NCBI GenBank assembly: GCA_030167865.1
Contig: JALAGF010003472.1
Location: 1 to 39,329 of the forward strand
Length of the DNA: 39,329 bases
Source: Craspedostauros australis
Taxonomy: Eukaryota
Reading direction: 5' to 3'
In this document: piece by piece, positions 1 to 11,996 of the stretch
Layout of the letters: each line of letters begins with the position of its first letter
How positions within the stretch are numbered: the first letter of the stretch is position 1
Notes under the pieces: generated by a model
The model's database searches: none
What the model was told of the DNA's origin: nothing
What the model saw: only the letters and a program-made list of their open reading frames with translations
Made by a program: the position numbers and the translations under genes

Positions 1-354
1 TACTTGGATCTTTGCCTGACTTGCGGCATCACTCGATTCGAGTTCACTTGGTGCGCTTGGCACCACAGAGCATTGCTGCATCAAGCACATGAGCTTCGTT
101 TCTGAGACATTCCGAGCCATCCAACTTGTCTTCTACGAGTGCTCGCACATCACGACCGCACGCCATCTCATTCCATACCATGTTCTGCTCTTGCTGCTAA
201 TCTACCGCCCGTCCGTACGCCGCCGAACGCGATCATCTCGCTCCGTTCTGCAATACACACCACCGTGCCTGCAATTTCCGGCACGATATTCTTCACCACG
301 ATGATGGCATTGGCGATGACGAACGCGTTGACGACGACACTGCGATACCCCCAG

Positions 355-605
355 TCGTCTCCAAGGTGCCGCAGCAGGTTTGGGTTGCCGTCGGCAGCAT
401 CAGCCTCATCGGCGCATGTGCTTACCCCGTGTACTCCATTAACACCCGGCCTGGTCATGATCTGTTCAGCTCCGAAAAGCCAGAGGCCATCCGAGAAGCG
501 CAGGAGGCGAAGCGCAAGGAGTACAGACGTCTCATCAAGGAACGCCGGGCGCAACTGGAGAGAGATCAGGACGAGCTGGATAAATTCAAGACGGATACAA
601 AATGA
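355..605 (+). CDS. Probable 3' coding exon of a small single-pass membrane protein; 5' end not resolved
   Basis: Frame reads VSKVPQQVWVAVGSISLIGACAYPVY (hydrophobic helix), then a charged helical tail, to TGA at 603-605. A CAG at 352-354 could be the acceptor. There is no in-frame ATG and I could not find the upstream exon. Confidence 0.45.
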
Positions 606-988
606 GGTGCCGCGAAGCAGTACGGTCTTTCTATTTTCCGTGGCATCGCCGTTGAATTGCTGCATCGTCAAGGAGCGATTGCACGCCCACAGCAACACCT
701 CCGATTGCGCCAATATAGCCACAAACATTTCTCACAGCATAAACTGCCATTGCCTCTTCGCTTCTGTTCTTACCATGTTATGCTTCCTCCTGTATGCCGC
801 CCATCGTCGTCATGATGTTATTGTACCATTCGGACGAGTGCATTCGTGATTGTAGGTGCATGCGCAGCAACAGGGTGAAGCGCTGGCACATCGAGCATTC
901 GAGCCACTCTGTATCAACACTCTACATTAACACTCTGCTTGTCCTCGATGACACCGTCTTCATTGATTACACACACACAGTATCCAAC

Positions 989-1993
989 ATGGCAGACTAT
1001 CAACAATCCTTCCAAGATTTCATGCTGGGCCGTTCGTCGGCACCAGGATCACCACCTGCAGTATCCACGTCGCTGCCAAGTCCTTCTTCCTCGGCAAATC
1101 GCCAACAACAACAACGCAAGCGCAACCAGAAGCAAACGGGGTCGGTATTCAAGGCATTCGTCGGCAGGTTGGAGGAATGGACGCAGCTCGATGATCAAAT
1201 GTTCGACATCCTTCAATCAATTCACAACCTGAGGACGAGGTTGGCATGGGAGCAACAGCAGCTCAAACAGCTGCGGGTGCAAAACTTGATGTCCACGGCA
1301 GCGCAACAACTTCCAGCAGAAGTAGTGGCAGGGACGAGAACGAACGAAACGCCGCCGTGTCACGGGTTCCTTCAAGCCAACGCCATGGCAGTTATGTCGT
1401 CAACTCCGCAGCGGCCCACAACGAATGACATCTCCCCAACCGCGTTGACTGAAGATGATGTGAGCATGGCGTACAACGCGGATCTGCGACGTCATGAGCG
1501 AATGGTCACGCTGCTACGTAGCCAGATGAGCTCATTATCGCAGATTCAGGATGCCATGGGTCGCCGGTTGGATGAATGGATGAGCTTCGAGATGGAAAGC
1601 GCCGCATTTATGGATGATGGAAGCTATGGCAACACCGAAGCTCCGCCTGGCAGCGCGGCCAACTACCGATTGCGCCTAAGCCACTGCGAGCGCATCTTCG
1701 CGCATACGTCTAAAGAATTGTTCCGAAAACAGATTCTCGCTCAAAGGCTGTTCGATTCCTACGATGGATTACAGGACGAGTCGAATGGATGTAAGGATGG
1801 AGTTGTCGACGGTGGTGCTGTTGGCAGCGGTGTCCGCTACATCAATAGCATCGATCCTCATGGCGGCGGGATTGGCGATGAGAATGGGCCGCACATGTCC
1901 TCCCGACGCACCGCCAAAGAATGCGTGATGGAGTGGCAGAGCAAAAAACGAAGCAACGGCTGGTCGATCGTTGAAGAGATCTTAAAGTGCTGA
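989..1993 (+). CDS. Hypothetical protein (334 aa, predicted helical/coiled-coil segments)
   Basis: Long ORF with the likely start at ATG 989 (caacATGgca; MADYQQSF) and TGA at 1991-1993. The upstream in-frame part of ORF 794.. reads like UTR. Confidence 0.75.
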   Translation: MADYQQSFQDFMLGRSSAPGSPPAVSTSLPSPSSSANRQQQQRKRNQKQTGSVFKAFVGRLEEWTQLDDQMFDILQSIHNLRTRLAWEQQQLKQLRVQNLMSTAAQQLPAEVVAGTRTNETPPCHGFLQANAMAVMSSTPQRPTTNDISPTALTEDDVSMAYNADLRRHERMVTLLRSQMSSLSQIQDAMGRRLDEWMSFEMESAAFMDDGSYGNTEAPPGSAANYRLRLSHCERIFAHTSKELFRKQILAQRLFDSYDGLQDESNGCKDGVVDGGAVGSGVRYINSIDPHGGGIGDENGPHMSSRRTAKECVMEWQSKKRSNGWSIVEEILKC

Positions 1994-2228
1994 CGAGCTG
2001 CGGCATCCTGGCGTCGCACTCAAGGTATGGATAAATGAATTAGTTATGCGTTGGAGCCGTTGCAAGGATCTCGCCTTTTGGATTCTGATGGCGCATCGAC
2101 CCTTGGCGTGACCTGAAACAATGAGCGACTGGCAAACCATTGGACGATGGGGCTTCTCTATTCTACTCTTCAATTAGTATTAGAATTGCCCTCTACTTGC
2201 ACTCGATGAGTGTGGCGTTCCCATGTGT

Positions 2229-3419
2229 TTACAGATCCAAATCATCATCAGGATCTTCTTCGTCGAAATCGTCGAATTCCGGATCATCGTCTTGCATGAA
2301 AATCCTTGGCTTGACGACGACCGGCGCTGACGGATTGCTCTGCTCTTTGCTGCCGGCATTGCCATGATGAATATTATCTTCCGCATCTTCCTCCAGTTTC
2401 AGTGATATCTTCTTCGCCTTGGAATTGGCGCCACGAAGACTGGAGACCTGCGATCGGTTATCATTTCCATCCACTTGCCCCGATGTGCGCGCGCTGACGG
2501 CCGGCGCGGATGCTGCATGGCTGCTGTTCCCTTTGTTATCGTCCTTATCTGACTGAGACCCCGCCTGGAGCAGCTCGTATCCCCATGTACGCGATTCGAT
2601 TCGGAAAGGCACCGCCGCGCGCACAATGTTGCCGGATTCGCGGACGCCCTGACGCACCATGGTCATGTCGCCTTGCCGCAGACACAGCAGGGCCTGGCAG
2701 ACGTCCTCGAGGAAGGCGTGCTGCTTGGGCGTCATGCTATCGTGCTGGACTGGCAGTATCATCATGCAAGGCGGGATCTTCTGAAGGAAGTGCATCGTGC
2801 GAGCGAATCCATGTCGCACAAGGATGGGGGAGAGTGACTCGAAGACGATGCACATCTTCCTTGTTGTGTCGTTGGCAAGTTGCCGCTCGATGGCCTGCAG
2901 GATGCTATCCAAATCATCCAATGATGGAAGAGCATTGTCGCCACCTTCGTCGTCGTTGTCGTCCCATCCTGATGGTATGCAACTTGTGGGAACGGTACCG
3001 AATGCATCATGGCTGGTGATATCGTCTGGCAGGTTGGTGATTGTGGATGCGGAAGACGTTGGGATCCAAATCAAGCTCCTTCCATGCTTGTTCTCCATAT
3101 CATCGCTCGCATCCTGCCCAGAATGATCCTTGACCGACGATGCCTTCAGGATGAGCCGCAGCAACTCGTGCAGCCAAAGGGAACTCCCCAGCATATCCTT
3201 CGTCGCATTCTCGCCGGGCGTGCGCAACCCAGCACGACGGTACAGCTGCTTCTCCTCCAGGAATGCGTGCGCGGATGCGGTACGGACAGGAAAGGACGCG
3301 AGCGGACGTTGGAAGACGATGCGGTAGCTTCTGCGGCTGTCACCGTCTCCTTCGCTCCATTGCGTCAGGAACCATTGGCGGAACAACGACTCCAGCGGCA
3401 TCAGTTTGGCCGATGGCAT
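2229..3419 (-). CDS. ELP5: Elongator complex subunit 5-like protein
   Basis: C-terminus PRIFMQDDDPEFDDFDEEDPDDDLDL matches the characteristic Elp5 ending (..EDPDDDLD[IL]). The central CIVFESLSPIL resembles the RecA-like strand of Elp4/5/6. Start taken at ATG 3419 (MPSAK); an upstream in-frame ATG at 3596 is possible. Confidence 0.75.
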   Translation of the reverse strand: MPSAKLMPLESLFRQWFLTQWSEGDGDSRRSYRIVFQRPLASFPVRTASAHAFLEEKQLYRRAGLRTPGENATKDMLGSSLWLHELLRLILKASSVKDHSGQDASDDMENKHGRSLIWIPTSSASTITNLPDDITSHDAFGTVPTSCIPSGWDDNDDEGGDNALPSLDDLDSILQAIERQLANDTTRKMCIVFESLSPILVRHGFARTMHFLQKIPPCMMILPVQHDSMTPKQHAFLEDVCQALLCLRQGDMTMVRQGVRESGNIVRAAVPFRIESRTWGYELLQAGSQSDKDDNKGNSSHAASAPAVSARTSGQVDGNDNRSQVSSLRGANSKAKKISLKLEEDAEDNIHHGNAGSKEQSNPSAPVVVKPRIFMQDDDPEFDDFDEEDPDDDLDL

Positions 3420-4057
3420 TGTGCTGTGGTGAACTGCCCGGGCGTGGTGGAGTGATGTTGATTGGGTGTTGTTGATGGGTGTTGATGAGTGTTGTGCGAT
3501 CGTGAACGTGGTTTCGCAACACAGAATCAGTGTGGAACAAATGAGGCAGATTCGTCTTCGTGTTTTGGTTGATCTCAACTTCCACGTGGAAGCCATCCCT
3601 CACGAAATCGAGTGGTCTCATCAACTACTACGCATGAGTGCAGAGAGCATGGATGATCGGAGGACAGATGACATGACTTCAACCACTCTACTCGACGAGT
3701 ACGCAGACACATGTGTACGAGCATGCTACTTCTTAACATACAATCTGAGAGTTATGCGATGTTGTAGTCAATGGCATTGCTGCCCGGATTCTCTGCGGCG
3801 GCCTTGAGCACCTTCTCCAAGTACTCCATGGAGCGTGCTGTTGCTTCCTCGGCCTTCAGACGTTTGCGATGCTTCAGGAAGGTCTGCGCATAATAGTAAT
3901 CGAACGTGCCACGAGAATCTTCCATGGGAGGAGCGTTGGCGCGGTATCGTTCCAGTCAGGCCGCGTTCTGTTGATATCCAGATGCAGTTCTTAATTTGAA
4001 TACTACTAAAGTACTCCGTTCTGCTCCAGAGTATTATCGCTCCGTACACGCTGCCCT

Positions 4058-5883
4058 CTACTTCTTCATCTGGCTGCAGAGGTCAACGGCTCTGGAGAAT
4101 TTGTAGAGGGTGGAGATGAGCGTTGCAAGCTCCACGCGGTGGACTCTGTTGGGGTCACCGCCCTCGCCCGATCGGCCCATGAGTATTTGGAATACCGTAG
4201 ATAGGCCCATCATGGAGATCTTGCCGTGCAACCGACATTTGTTGCATTGCACGCAGTTCATTATCCTCAGCAGCTCTCGGGTGCGCATCCTGGCCTCCCA
4301 AAGCGCATTGTCGGACTCCAAGTCCTTCATGGCGTCCGCATGCAGCTTCTCGGCCGCGACACCGATGCTTGCGTCGCTGAAGATGGGATGGCTGAGAAGC
4401 AGCTGGATGTCGCCCACGACTTCGGCATCGATGCGAGCATTGTCGCAATCCTCCAGCAGTCGGTCTTTCGCTTTGGTTGCGGCGGTCAAAGCCAGCATGT
4501 AGGCGAAGAATAGATTCTCGGAGGCCTTGGGCGTTTCGCCGGAGGGGCTCAGCCGTCTTTGGTACTCCAACTCGGCGTCCGTCCACACCTCGTCGGCATC
4601 GAATGCCTCGCCCCTGTCTGCCTTGTCTCGGATGCCTCGGACGACCTGCGCCGAAATCACGGAATGGAGGCCGGACACGGCCTTGTTGAAATCTGCCTTC
4701 CAGTGATCGTCATCGTAGCCGTATTCGCTGAAACATAAACGGTTGTGGATAAACTTCCACACCTCCGCCCCGTCGTATCCTGTGTAATCCTCTGGGAACT
4801 CTTCAGTGTCGTAGTAATCGTTGCTCGGCATGTCCCATCGTGCCCATCCATCAATTTCGAATTCGTGCTCGAAGTGATCTATGCCCCTGATTTTGGCTGG
4901 GACCTGTCAACGTATGCGCGACATGTGTTGAGCGGCATCGCACGATGTTGTGTGATGTGATATGATGTGGTGTGTTTTGCGGCACATGTTGATGGGGAAT
5001 GGAAACCATTTCAATGTGTCGGATGCGATTGTATGGCATTGCATCCCATTGTGTTGTTGCCCATGCCAGACCAAGAGCCATTTTGTGAGGACGACAACAG
5101 AAGTTGAGCATTGTGTGACAATCAAGAGATACGGGTTTAGGTGGACAGAGACAGACATACATACGTCCTGTACCCATATTCTGCACACGCTCAGAATGTA
5201 GCACAGACTGAAGCATAGAATGCGATTGGCATGATCGCGAAGCATGCATCGCGAGAGCACATCACCAGCAAAGTTCGCTGGCTCGTCCGCCATTCCACCA
5301 AGGAATGAAGTATTGTGGCGAAGCGAAGCATGCATGCTGCGGTCGATCGATCACCATCATGAAACACCCCATGCCAAAGGCGAAGCAACTTGTCAATCAG
5401 CCAGTCCGCACGGTTTGTATACCCGATCACGCGGTGCAGCACTCCTCGCAAGCCGCAAGCAACCTCACTGCGAACGCAAGTGCAGAACCCTTGATGATGG
5501 CCTACCTCTTCATCGTCCACCGGATAGATCTCGCAGGTCTCGCTGTAGCATTCGAACAATTCCTGCGGCATGTACTCGCAGCTGGCCAAGATGTCGACGC
5601 TGTATAATCGAAAGTACGAGCTCTGGCGCAACCGACCGAGAATCTGGAGGAGGTCCGCGTTGGCCTCTTCAATGCTTTGCACGCCAGGTGACAGATGGTC
5701 GCTGGTGGACGAGGATGACTCCACCATTTGCAAGGGTGCGATGCCGTATCGGTGACACTGCTGCTGTTGCAGCTGAAGTTGCTGCTGCAGCCCTGATCTT
5801 CTCCCTCCTGCCGAAGCCGAAAAGGCCCATGCTTCTGCGACGCAGAGAAGAGACAGCGCGGTTGTGAGCAGCAGCTGGATCAT
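4058..5883 (-). CDS. ERO1: ERO1-like disulfide oxidase with signal + plastid-transit-like presequence; exons 5883-5506 and 4903-4058 (407 aa)
   Basis: ERO1 motifs YFRLYSVD..C....CYSETC..EEVP, YTGYDG..VW, VSGLHSVIS and IMNCVQCNKCRLHGK (CxxCxxC). Intron 5505-4904 (GTAGGC...GACAG, phase 0) joins the two ORF pieces in frame (378+846 nt). Confidence 0.88.
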
Positions 5884-6679
5884 CGTCTGAAACGTCTTCG
5901 TTGGATGCTGCGAAGCTTGAGGAAGGAGATGGTCGATCGGAAGACCAGCTTTGGTTTGGTAATGTGTTGATGCAATGTTATGCAGTATGATGCGATGCAA
6001 CACGCAACGATGTTGCTTTGTGATGGATGGAATAGCCAAAGTGTGTGATGCCTCTGATGGATTGTGCTGACAACCGTTCGCGATGTGGATTGGACAATTT
6101 GGGGGGTTTGTGAGAGATCCTTCGTTCTGCTTCTTTCCGCCGTCTCCTGGCTGCGTCTCTCCCTCCTGTTGGTGTCTGACATCTGGTGAACGAAAGGAGC
6201 TCCGCGGATGTGGAGAAGCCGACACGAACTCGACAGTGATGGCGAGACGCCCACGAGAAAGTCCGTGTTGATGTGCCGTATCCTCGGTTCAACGATCTTC
6301 CACAATGTCAAAAAGGCTCTAACTCAGGCTCAATCGACATCCAACAGCGTAGGATCACAGAAACAAGTAGAGAGGAGCAGTCTAGGCCATACGTTGTTCG
6401 AACGCAGACGACGGTCATTCTAAGTTTGTGCAACACCAACAAGCATCATCCATGAGGCAATCTACAGGTACCATGATGCATCCTGGAACATTGCACATTT
6501 ACCATACCACACTGGCCTTCTACGATTACAACTTTGCTTCTGCACGCGAGAACGCTCCGCAGCAATAAAATAGAGCGGAATAGCATGAATACATCCTCTG
6601 GTACTCTCTGAGTACATGGTGTGAATAGCAGTAAAGATGATCAATGTAGCATGGCCGAACTCTTTCTTGTGAGTATGCG

Positions 6680-6684
<5 letters not shown>

Positions 6685-6710
<26 letters not shown>
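6685..6710. repeat. (CT)13 microsatellite
   Basis: Direct reading: perfect CT run just downstream of the DoxX gene stop. Confidence 0.95.
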
Positions 6711-6830
6711 GTTTCTCCCCACAAGTGGAGGTACCGAAACAATGAGGTTTGGAACTGATTGCCGTGTCCTCAGCTCTTGCGAAAAGCATGAGGGTCATCA
6801 GAGAGCAGCACCTGCTTCTTTCACTCCGCT

Positions 6831-7939
6831 TTACGCACCATCTTCATCTTCGTTGGAGATGCTCTTGTAGATGATGGAGTCCACAGATAGTGGGCCAGCG
6901 CCGTTGAACCAAAACATGAGGAAGATGAGAGCATACAGCAGAGGCTCCTCAAAATCGTACGAATAGTTGGCGACGTGTCCGAGCGGGAAACCCTGCGCTC
7001 CGGCGGCCGACAGGTGGAAGTACACAGCGGACAGCATGGTGACGAACAGCGACAAGGCCGCTGGGCGGGTCAGGAATCCAATCGCGAACAATGCACCGCC
7101 GAAGAACTCGACGTAATCATGAATCGCCGACCACAGTTCCGGCGGTCCTGGGAGGAAGCCAAAGTACGGTGTGATGATGTAGTCAATGAATCCTTGGAAT
7201 TCGGGTGTGCCTGAGGACGGTCATGCATTCATATTACATACGAATGAATCGACCAATGAAATGGTGGGACACAACATGGCCATTATCACCAACCCGATGG
7301 ATGTGAAGATTCATACGGTTGTGTTCGAGCATTGCAAGACAGAGCAGTTGGTTAGTTCGATGATCCAAGTTGTGAATGGCAGAGTCGTAGTGCTTCGTTG
7401 TTGAGCAAGTTGCGCTGAACAGTGTTGATTTCGAGTTGTAGAGTGGTGCGCTGTAAAATGATGCATCGCCCGTCCCATCCAAGCAAATGAACCCAGCATG
7501 CATGCATGCATGCACGCAATACAACAGATCCGTGAGATCGAATCCAATGCACGAACTCACCAAAGTTGGCCGGACCCACGCCACCTTCGGATCCATGGTG
7601 GATCATGAGCAACCCCGTGAGGATGCGCAGCGGGACGAGGGGCACGGAGTGGATCCCCTGCCAGTTGGTGACTGTCTTGAACAGCTTTGGACCAGTGATG
7701 CGGTCCCAAGTAGTCTCCTTGCCGTCATCGGACAAGTGCAAGTTCACGCCGTCGCTTCGTTGGTTCGCAGAATCGTGGATGTTCTTCTTCAGGAATGAGG
7801 ACGGCCGTTGCTGCGGCGATGACACGAACGTCGCACCCTTGCCGTTGCCTGGCGTCACGAAGGCGTTGGATGTTGCCATCAACAGGCAGAGTCCGGCAAG
7901 GATCACGGAAGCATTTCGCTGGTTTCCGAAGACTTTCAT
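6831..7939 (-). CDS. DoxX-family membrane protein with bipartite plastid-type presequence; exons 7939-7561 and 7210-6831 (252 aa)
   Basis: DoxX-like motifs LRILTGLLMIHHG, VEFFGGALFAIGFLTRPAAL, AVYFH and GAGPLSVD. N-terminus LCLLMATSNA-FVTP fits the ASAFAP-type cleavage site. Intron GTGAGT...CTCAG; 379+380=759 nt. Confidence 0.88.
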
Positions 7940-8535
7940 CGTGCAGATCTGTGTGCTCTACTTGTATGTAGTTGTGCGAGTGGGGTGGAGTCAGTGGATC
8001 TCTTCCAAGGTATCCGTATCGCATGTATGGGTGCCTTCCGATGATGATGGTGTCACGGTTGCCGTCGTCTTGTGGGGAGCCCACCTTGTGGCGAAAGTGT
8101 GGCGAGGGTCGAGATGGATCTTTCCCTCGCATCCCGCCAACAAAAAACGTATTTGTCTCAATCGCTTGAGTCTGATTTGACATATTAGTCGGCATAGTCA
8201 ATATGTTAGTCCGTTGAGTCGATTGGACGATACAGCAGCAAGAAGACAGCACACGCAAAAGAATCACGATACCAAATCAACGACAAGACGAACAGCAAGA
8301 TGCATCTTCCGACCAAGCAAAAACGGCCACAGCACCATCGCCGCCGTGTTCGTCTCGACCATCATCAACACGGTCGCCATCAATCCCCCACGAGCGCATC
8401 CGCATCAACAACTCCACATCAACCTGCTGACCTCCGCTTGCTCACGAACAGTGGCAAACAGGATCCCCTCGTCGTTCTGGAAGTTGTAGCGAAGCAACGA
8501 TCATCTGAGCAAGACACCCACCATAGAACTGGAAG

Positions 8536-10201
8536 ATGACGTCCATCGGCACACGCGTTGTTGTTGCGGCTTCCAGCGCACTGCGCAAGGCTGGGTGAGT
8601 CGGAGGAGTCTGTGTTGGCTGCGCAGTGTGCCTTGTTCACGTATTTCCGTGCTTTCTTGTCAATCGCAGCTTGCTCGGAAAGGCGCCAGTTATCGAAGTC
8701 GATGAAGCAATGTGGAAGATGCAGCGACATGCAAGCTCAACTCAAACCAAAACACAATGCCAACATGTGGGCATGCACACAGAAGGCTTGGTGCTGCGAA
8801 GCACTCGTACGATCACAACGCAATCATGTGCTGGATGTGCATTGTTGCGCCAATTCTGAAGATTCCAAAATGATTGGAAGGAATCATGCACAAACTGCGC
8901 AAGAACAGCCTTGCTTGTGCATCTGGAGATATTCCTGACAGAAGCAACCACGAAATCGAATCTAGCCAACATCTCATCAACTCTTGCTTTCTTCCAATCC
9001 TCCATCCATGGACCTTTGATGGCGGCACCTACCTCCTTCTATTCTGCACATCAATGCGAATGAATGAACGCTTGTCTACTACTCCACCCTGCGATCTGGC
9101 GACCCATCGAAAACCAACGGATCTTTGATGAATCACAGTGCGGCAATGGAAAGCTTCGGCAAGCAAATCGAAGTCACAAAATACACAGAGCGGTTGGTCC
9201 CATCCACACGGTTTGTTTCGGTTGATGGCATTGCTCCCGTCGTTTCTGGTGCCAACAACTTCGTTGCTCCGTCGGCGTCTGTCGTTGGAGATGTTTCCAT
9301 CGGAGAGCATTCCAGGTGAGTGACGCAAAGCGCACGCGTGTGGGATGATGTGGTTCCCAAGAAGTATGCACGAGAACAACGTATGAGAGGATGACGGCAT
9401 GTCCGTACTTGTTGAGCACCAGAGTCGGCACTGGAAGACACGCATGATGTCATCATCTCATTGAACAGCCAAGATTGTGCAATGCGAAGATGCCACATGG
9501 GCACCGACCGGGTCCTAAGATGTCGTTTCCCACTTGTTAACGATCTCACATCTCCCATTATGTCTTGCGCGCACATTAGTGTCTGGTACGGTGCCACCGT
9601 CCGCGGAGACGTCAATAAGATCACCGTCGGATCGAAAACCAACATCGGTGACCGTGCCGTGGTCCATGTCGCCAAAATACAAGGAGACCATGCCACCTTC
9701 ATCGGCAGCAACGTCTCCATCCGAGCCGGCGCAGTCGTCCATGCCTGCACGATCAAGGACTTCGTCATGATCGGCGAGTCGGCACAGGTAATGGATGGTG
9801 CCGTCGTCGAATCCAACAGCATCGTCGCACCCGGATCGCTCGTCACGGCGGGAACGGAAGTCCCAAGCGGCGAGCTCTGGTCCGGCGCACCGGCCAAGAA
9901 GGAGCGAGCCTTGACGACGGAGGAGATTGCCTTCATCGCGGAATCCGCCCACGACACGCTCGAACTCGCCTACCTGCACTCCGTGGAGAACTCGAAGGAT
10001 TACAAGCAACTGGTGACGGAGGCGGAGGATCAGCTCGACAAGGAGCTCCGCGAGGAGGGCGAGGCATGGTTCGATCCCAACAGCCCGGATCCGGAGGACG
10101 TTCTGGGACAAGGTGCACCTGGCCGAATCTTCAACTCCACCTTGACCAACCCAGAGGAAGGATTGAAGATGAGAATGGACAGAGCAAAGCAGTCCGCATA
10201 A
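8536..10201 (+). CDS. Mitochondrial-type gamma carbonic anhydrase(-like) protein, complex I CA-domain family; exons 8536-8594, 9139-9315, 9580-10201 (285 aa)
   Basis: Hexapeptide repeats FVAPSASVVGDVSIGEHSSVWYGATVRGDVNKITVG..NIGD..VVHVAK and ELWSGAPAK..R.L. The amphipathic N-terminus ALRKAGAAMESFG resembles that of mitochondrial gamma-CAs. Two GTGAGT..AG introns; 59+177+622=858 nt. Confidence 0.9.
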
Positions 10202-10932
10202 TCGGTGACCTGGTGGCAAGTAGATTAGTCTCCGCGCGCATATCTCTCGCCTCTCGCTGTTATCGGTCTTGCACGTATCCATAGTGAGCTGCAAATACTC
10301 TTCCAAGAATGTCCGCACTCGTTGGGTCGCCGGCGCAGTTACTCGCCTTGGTGCGGGCGAACTTGAGTCTCAAGCGCTGTGACCAATCGTAACGTACACG
10401 GTACAAGTCTCAGAATCTGCTTGCATCTTGTCTTTGGGGTGTTACTTTGCTATGTTGTACTATCTATGTATTCGTCAGGTTCGTGCCGTTGCTGCGTTAT
10501 GATATACTCGTACGTCGCCAAACATCTGGAGCATCTTATGTTCTCCATCCTCGCTTTTTTGTTTCAGGTTGAGTGCTTGTGTTGCCCCGCACAAGGTCAG
10601 ATGTATCGTACATATTCGTGCTCCAAGTCGACCACGGGAGTTGAATTTGCGCCGTCGATGCCAAGCCGTTGCAACGTGATTCTTCACACTTCGCAATGTC
10701 TCGAGTTGATTCTCGGCGCATGGTTGCTTCCGTTCTCATTCACCTGCATCCGCCAGGTCGGGTTGGCGTAATAGAATGAGTCCGCAGTGGATATCAGTTT
10801 CTCTAATCTAAGTCCGATCGCGCGATGCAATGTGCCTGTCGGCTTGCCTGCATGCCATCCGGTTCCATTTTGGTGAGATGCAACCTCGGCGAAGATATCG
10901 TGAAGTGCGTCATTGTCTTTCACGTAGGCAGC

Positions 10933-11996
10933 TTACTTACGAACGTATTGCGAGCGGTACTCCTCGCGTGCCTTGCGTTCCAGCTCTGGATCGACACGCC
11001 CACTCTGTGGGTCAGTTCCCAGCGGTCTTCGGAACAGCAGGATGTGTGGCTCAGGGCTGAGATTGCCGTACGTCGTCAGTCGTGTTCCATGTTTTAGCAG
11101 GGGTGTTCCATTTCGTGACGCCATGATGTGCGAGAGGCCCGACAAGATGAAAGGCGAAAGATGCGGAGGAAAGAGAGGTGAGAACAGTGCATACTCTGAG
11201 GAATCGTGTGTTGCTGACCAAATTGCTGCTCAATTCATCCCGCAAGCTCCTGGATACACCAACACCTTCGCAAGCTCTCCAGAACAAGTGATGTTCCATT
11301 CTTGCCCATGGCAAAAAATCACATGCAGGCCTTCCCTTCCCTAATGCTCTGCTCAGCACCCAATGCACCAATCAATCAGAAGCATTCTGCAACCAACCCT
11401 GTGGGTTGCATCAAAATGGTACTCACCGGTGGATGGCATAGTGATGCCAACCCCGACTTTGCTGGACACCAATGCCGCGCCATTCGGATTCTGTCAGCAG
11501 TCGGCTCTTTGGCAAAGTCTTGGCCAGATCCTTTGGCAGGATCACGTGACTGGAATCGTGCGTGCGGATTGCAAAGCGAGCAGTTGTCCATGAGGCGAGC
11601 ATCATTGGTATGCCAGAACGACGAGAAGCAATATCACGAGGCAATGTTTGGAGGTGTTCATTATCATGGTGTTGGTACATGCGTGTGTGCGTGTGCGTGC
11701 GTGAAAGTGGACATGAATGCGTGAGAAAGTGAAACATTTGACGCCATTGATGCCATTGAAGCAGGCGACACCAATCTCCGTCCTTGAGACACTTCCTCTC
11801 TCCAGCATCAATGGTGACGGGGCATCTGCACATGCTCGTCTTGCAGCATCAAGAGCATTGACAAGAACAGGCGGCACCCACAAAGTCCATGCGTCGTCAG
11901 CAGCCCCCAACAGTCGAAACCAATCACTCACCGATACTCGTTGGCATCGTCTGCGTATTTCTCGCTGTACTCGATACGTGGGGCGCTGCTGCTCAT
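10933..11996 (-). CDS. CKS1: Cyclin-dependent kinase regulatory subunit CKS1/Suc1; exons 11996-11932, 11549-11427, 11056-10933 (103 aa)
   Basis: Spliced product [21 protein letters not shown]...[37 protein letters not shown] is the canonical CKS signature. Both introns are GTGAGT...CAG; 65+123+124=312 nt. Confidence 0.96.

Noticed and set aside
5191-6225. 344-aa ORF as a standalone gene
   Set aside because: It consists of ERO1-like exon 1 plus read-through into 5' UTR and intron sequence.
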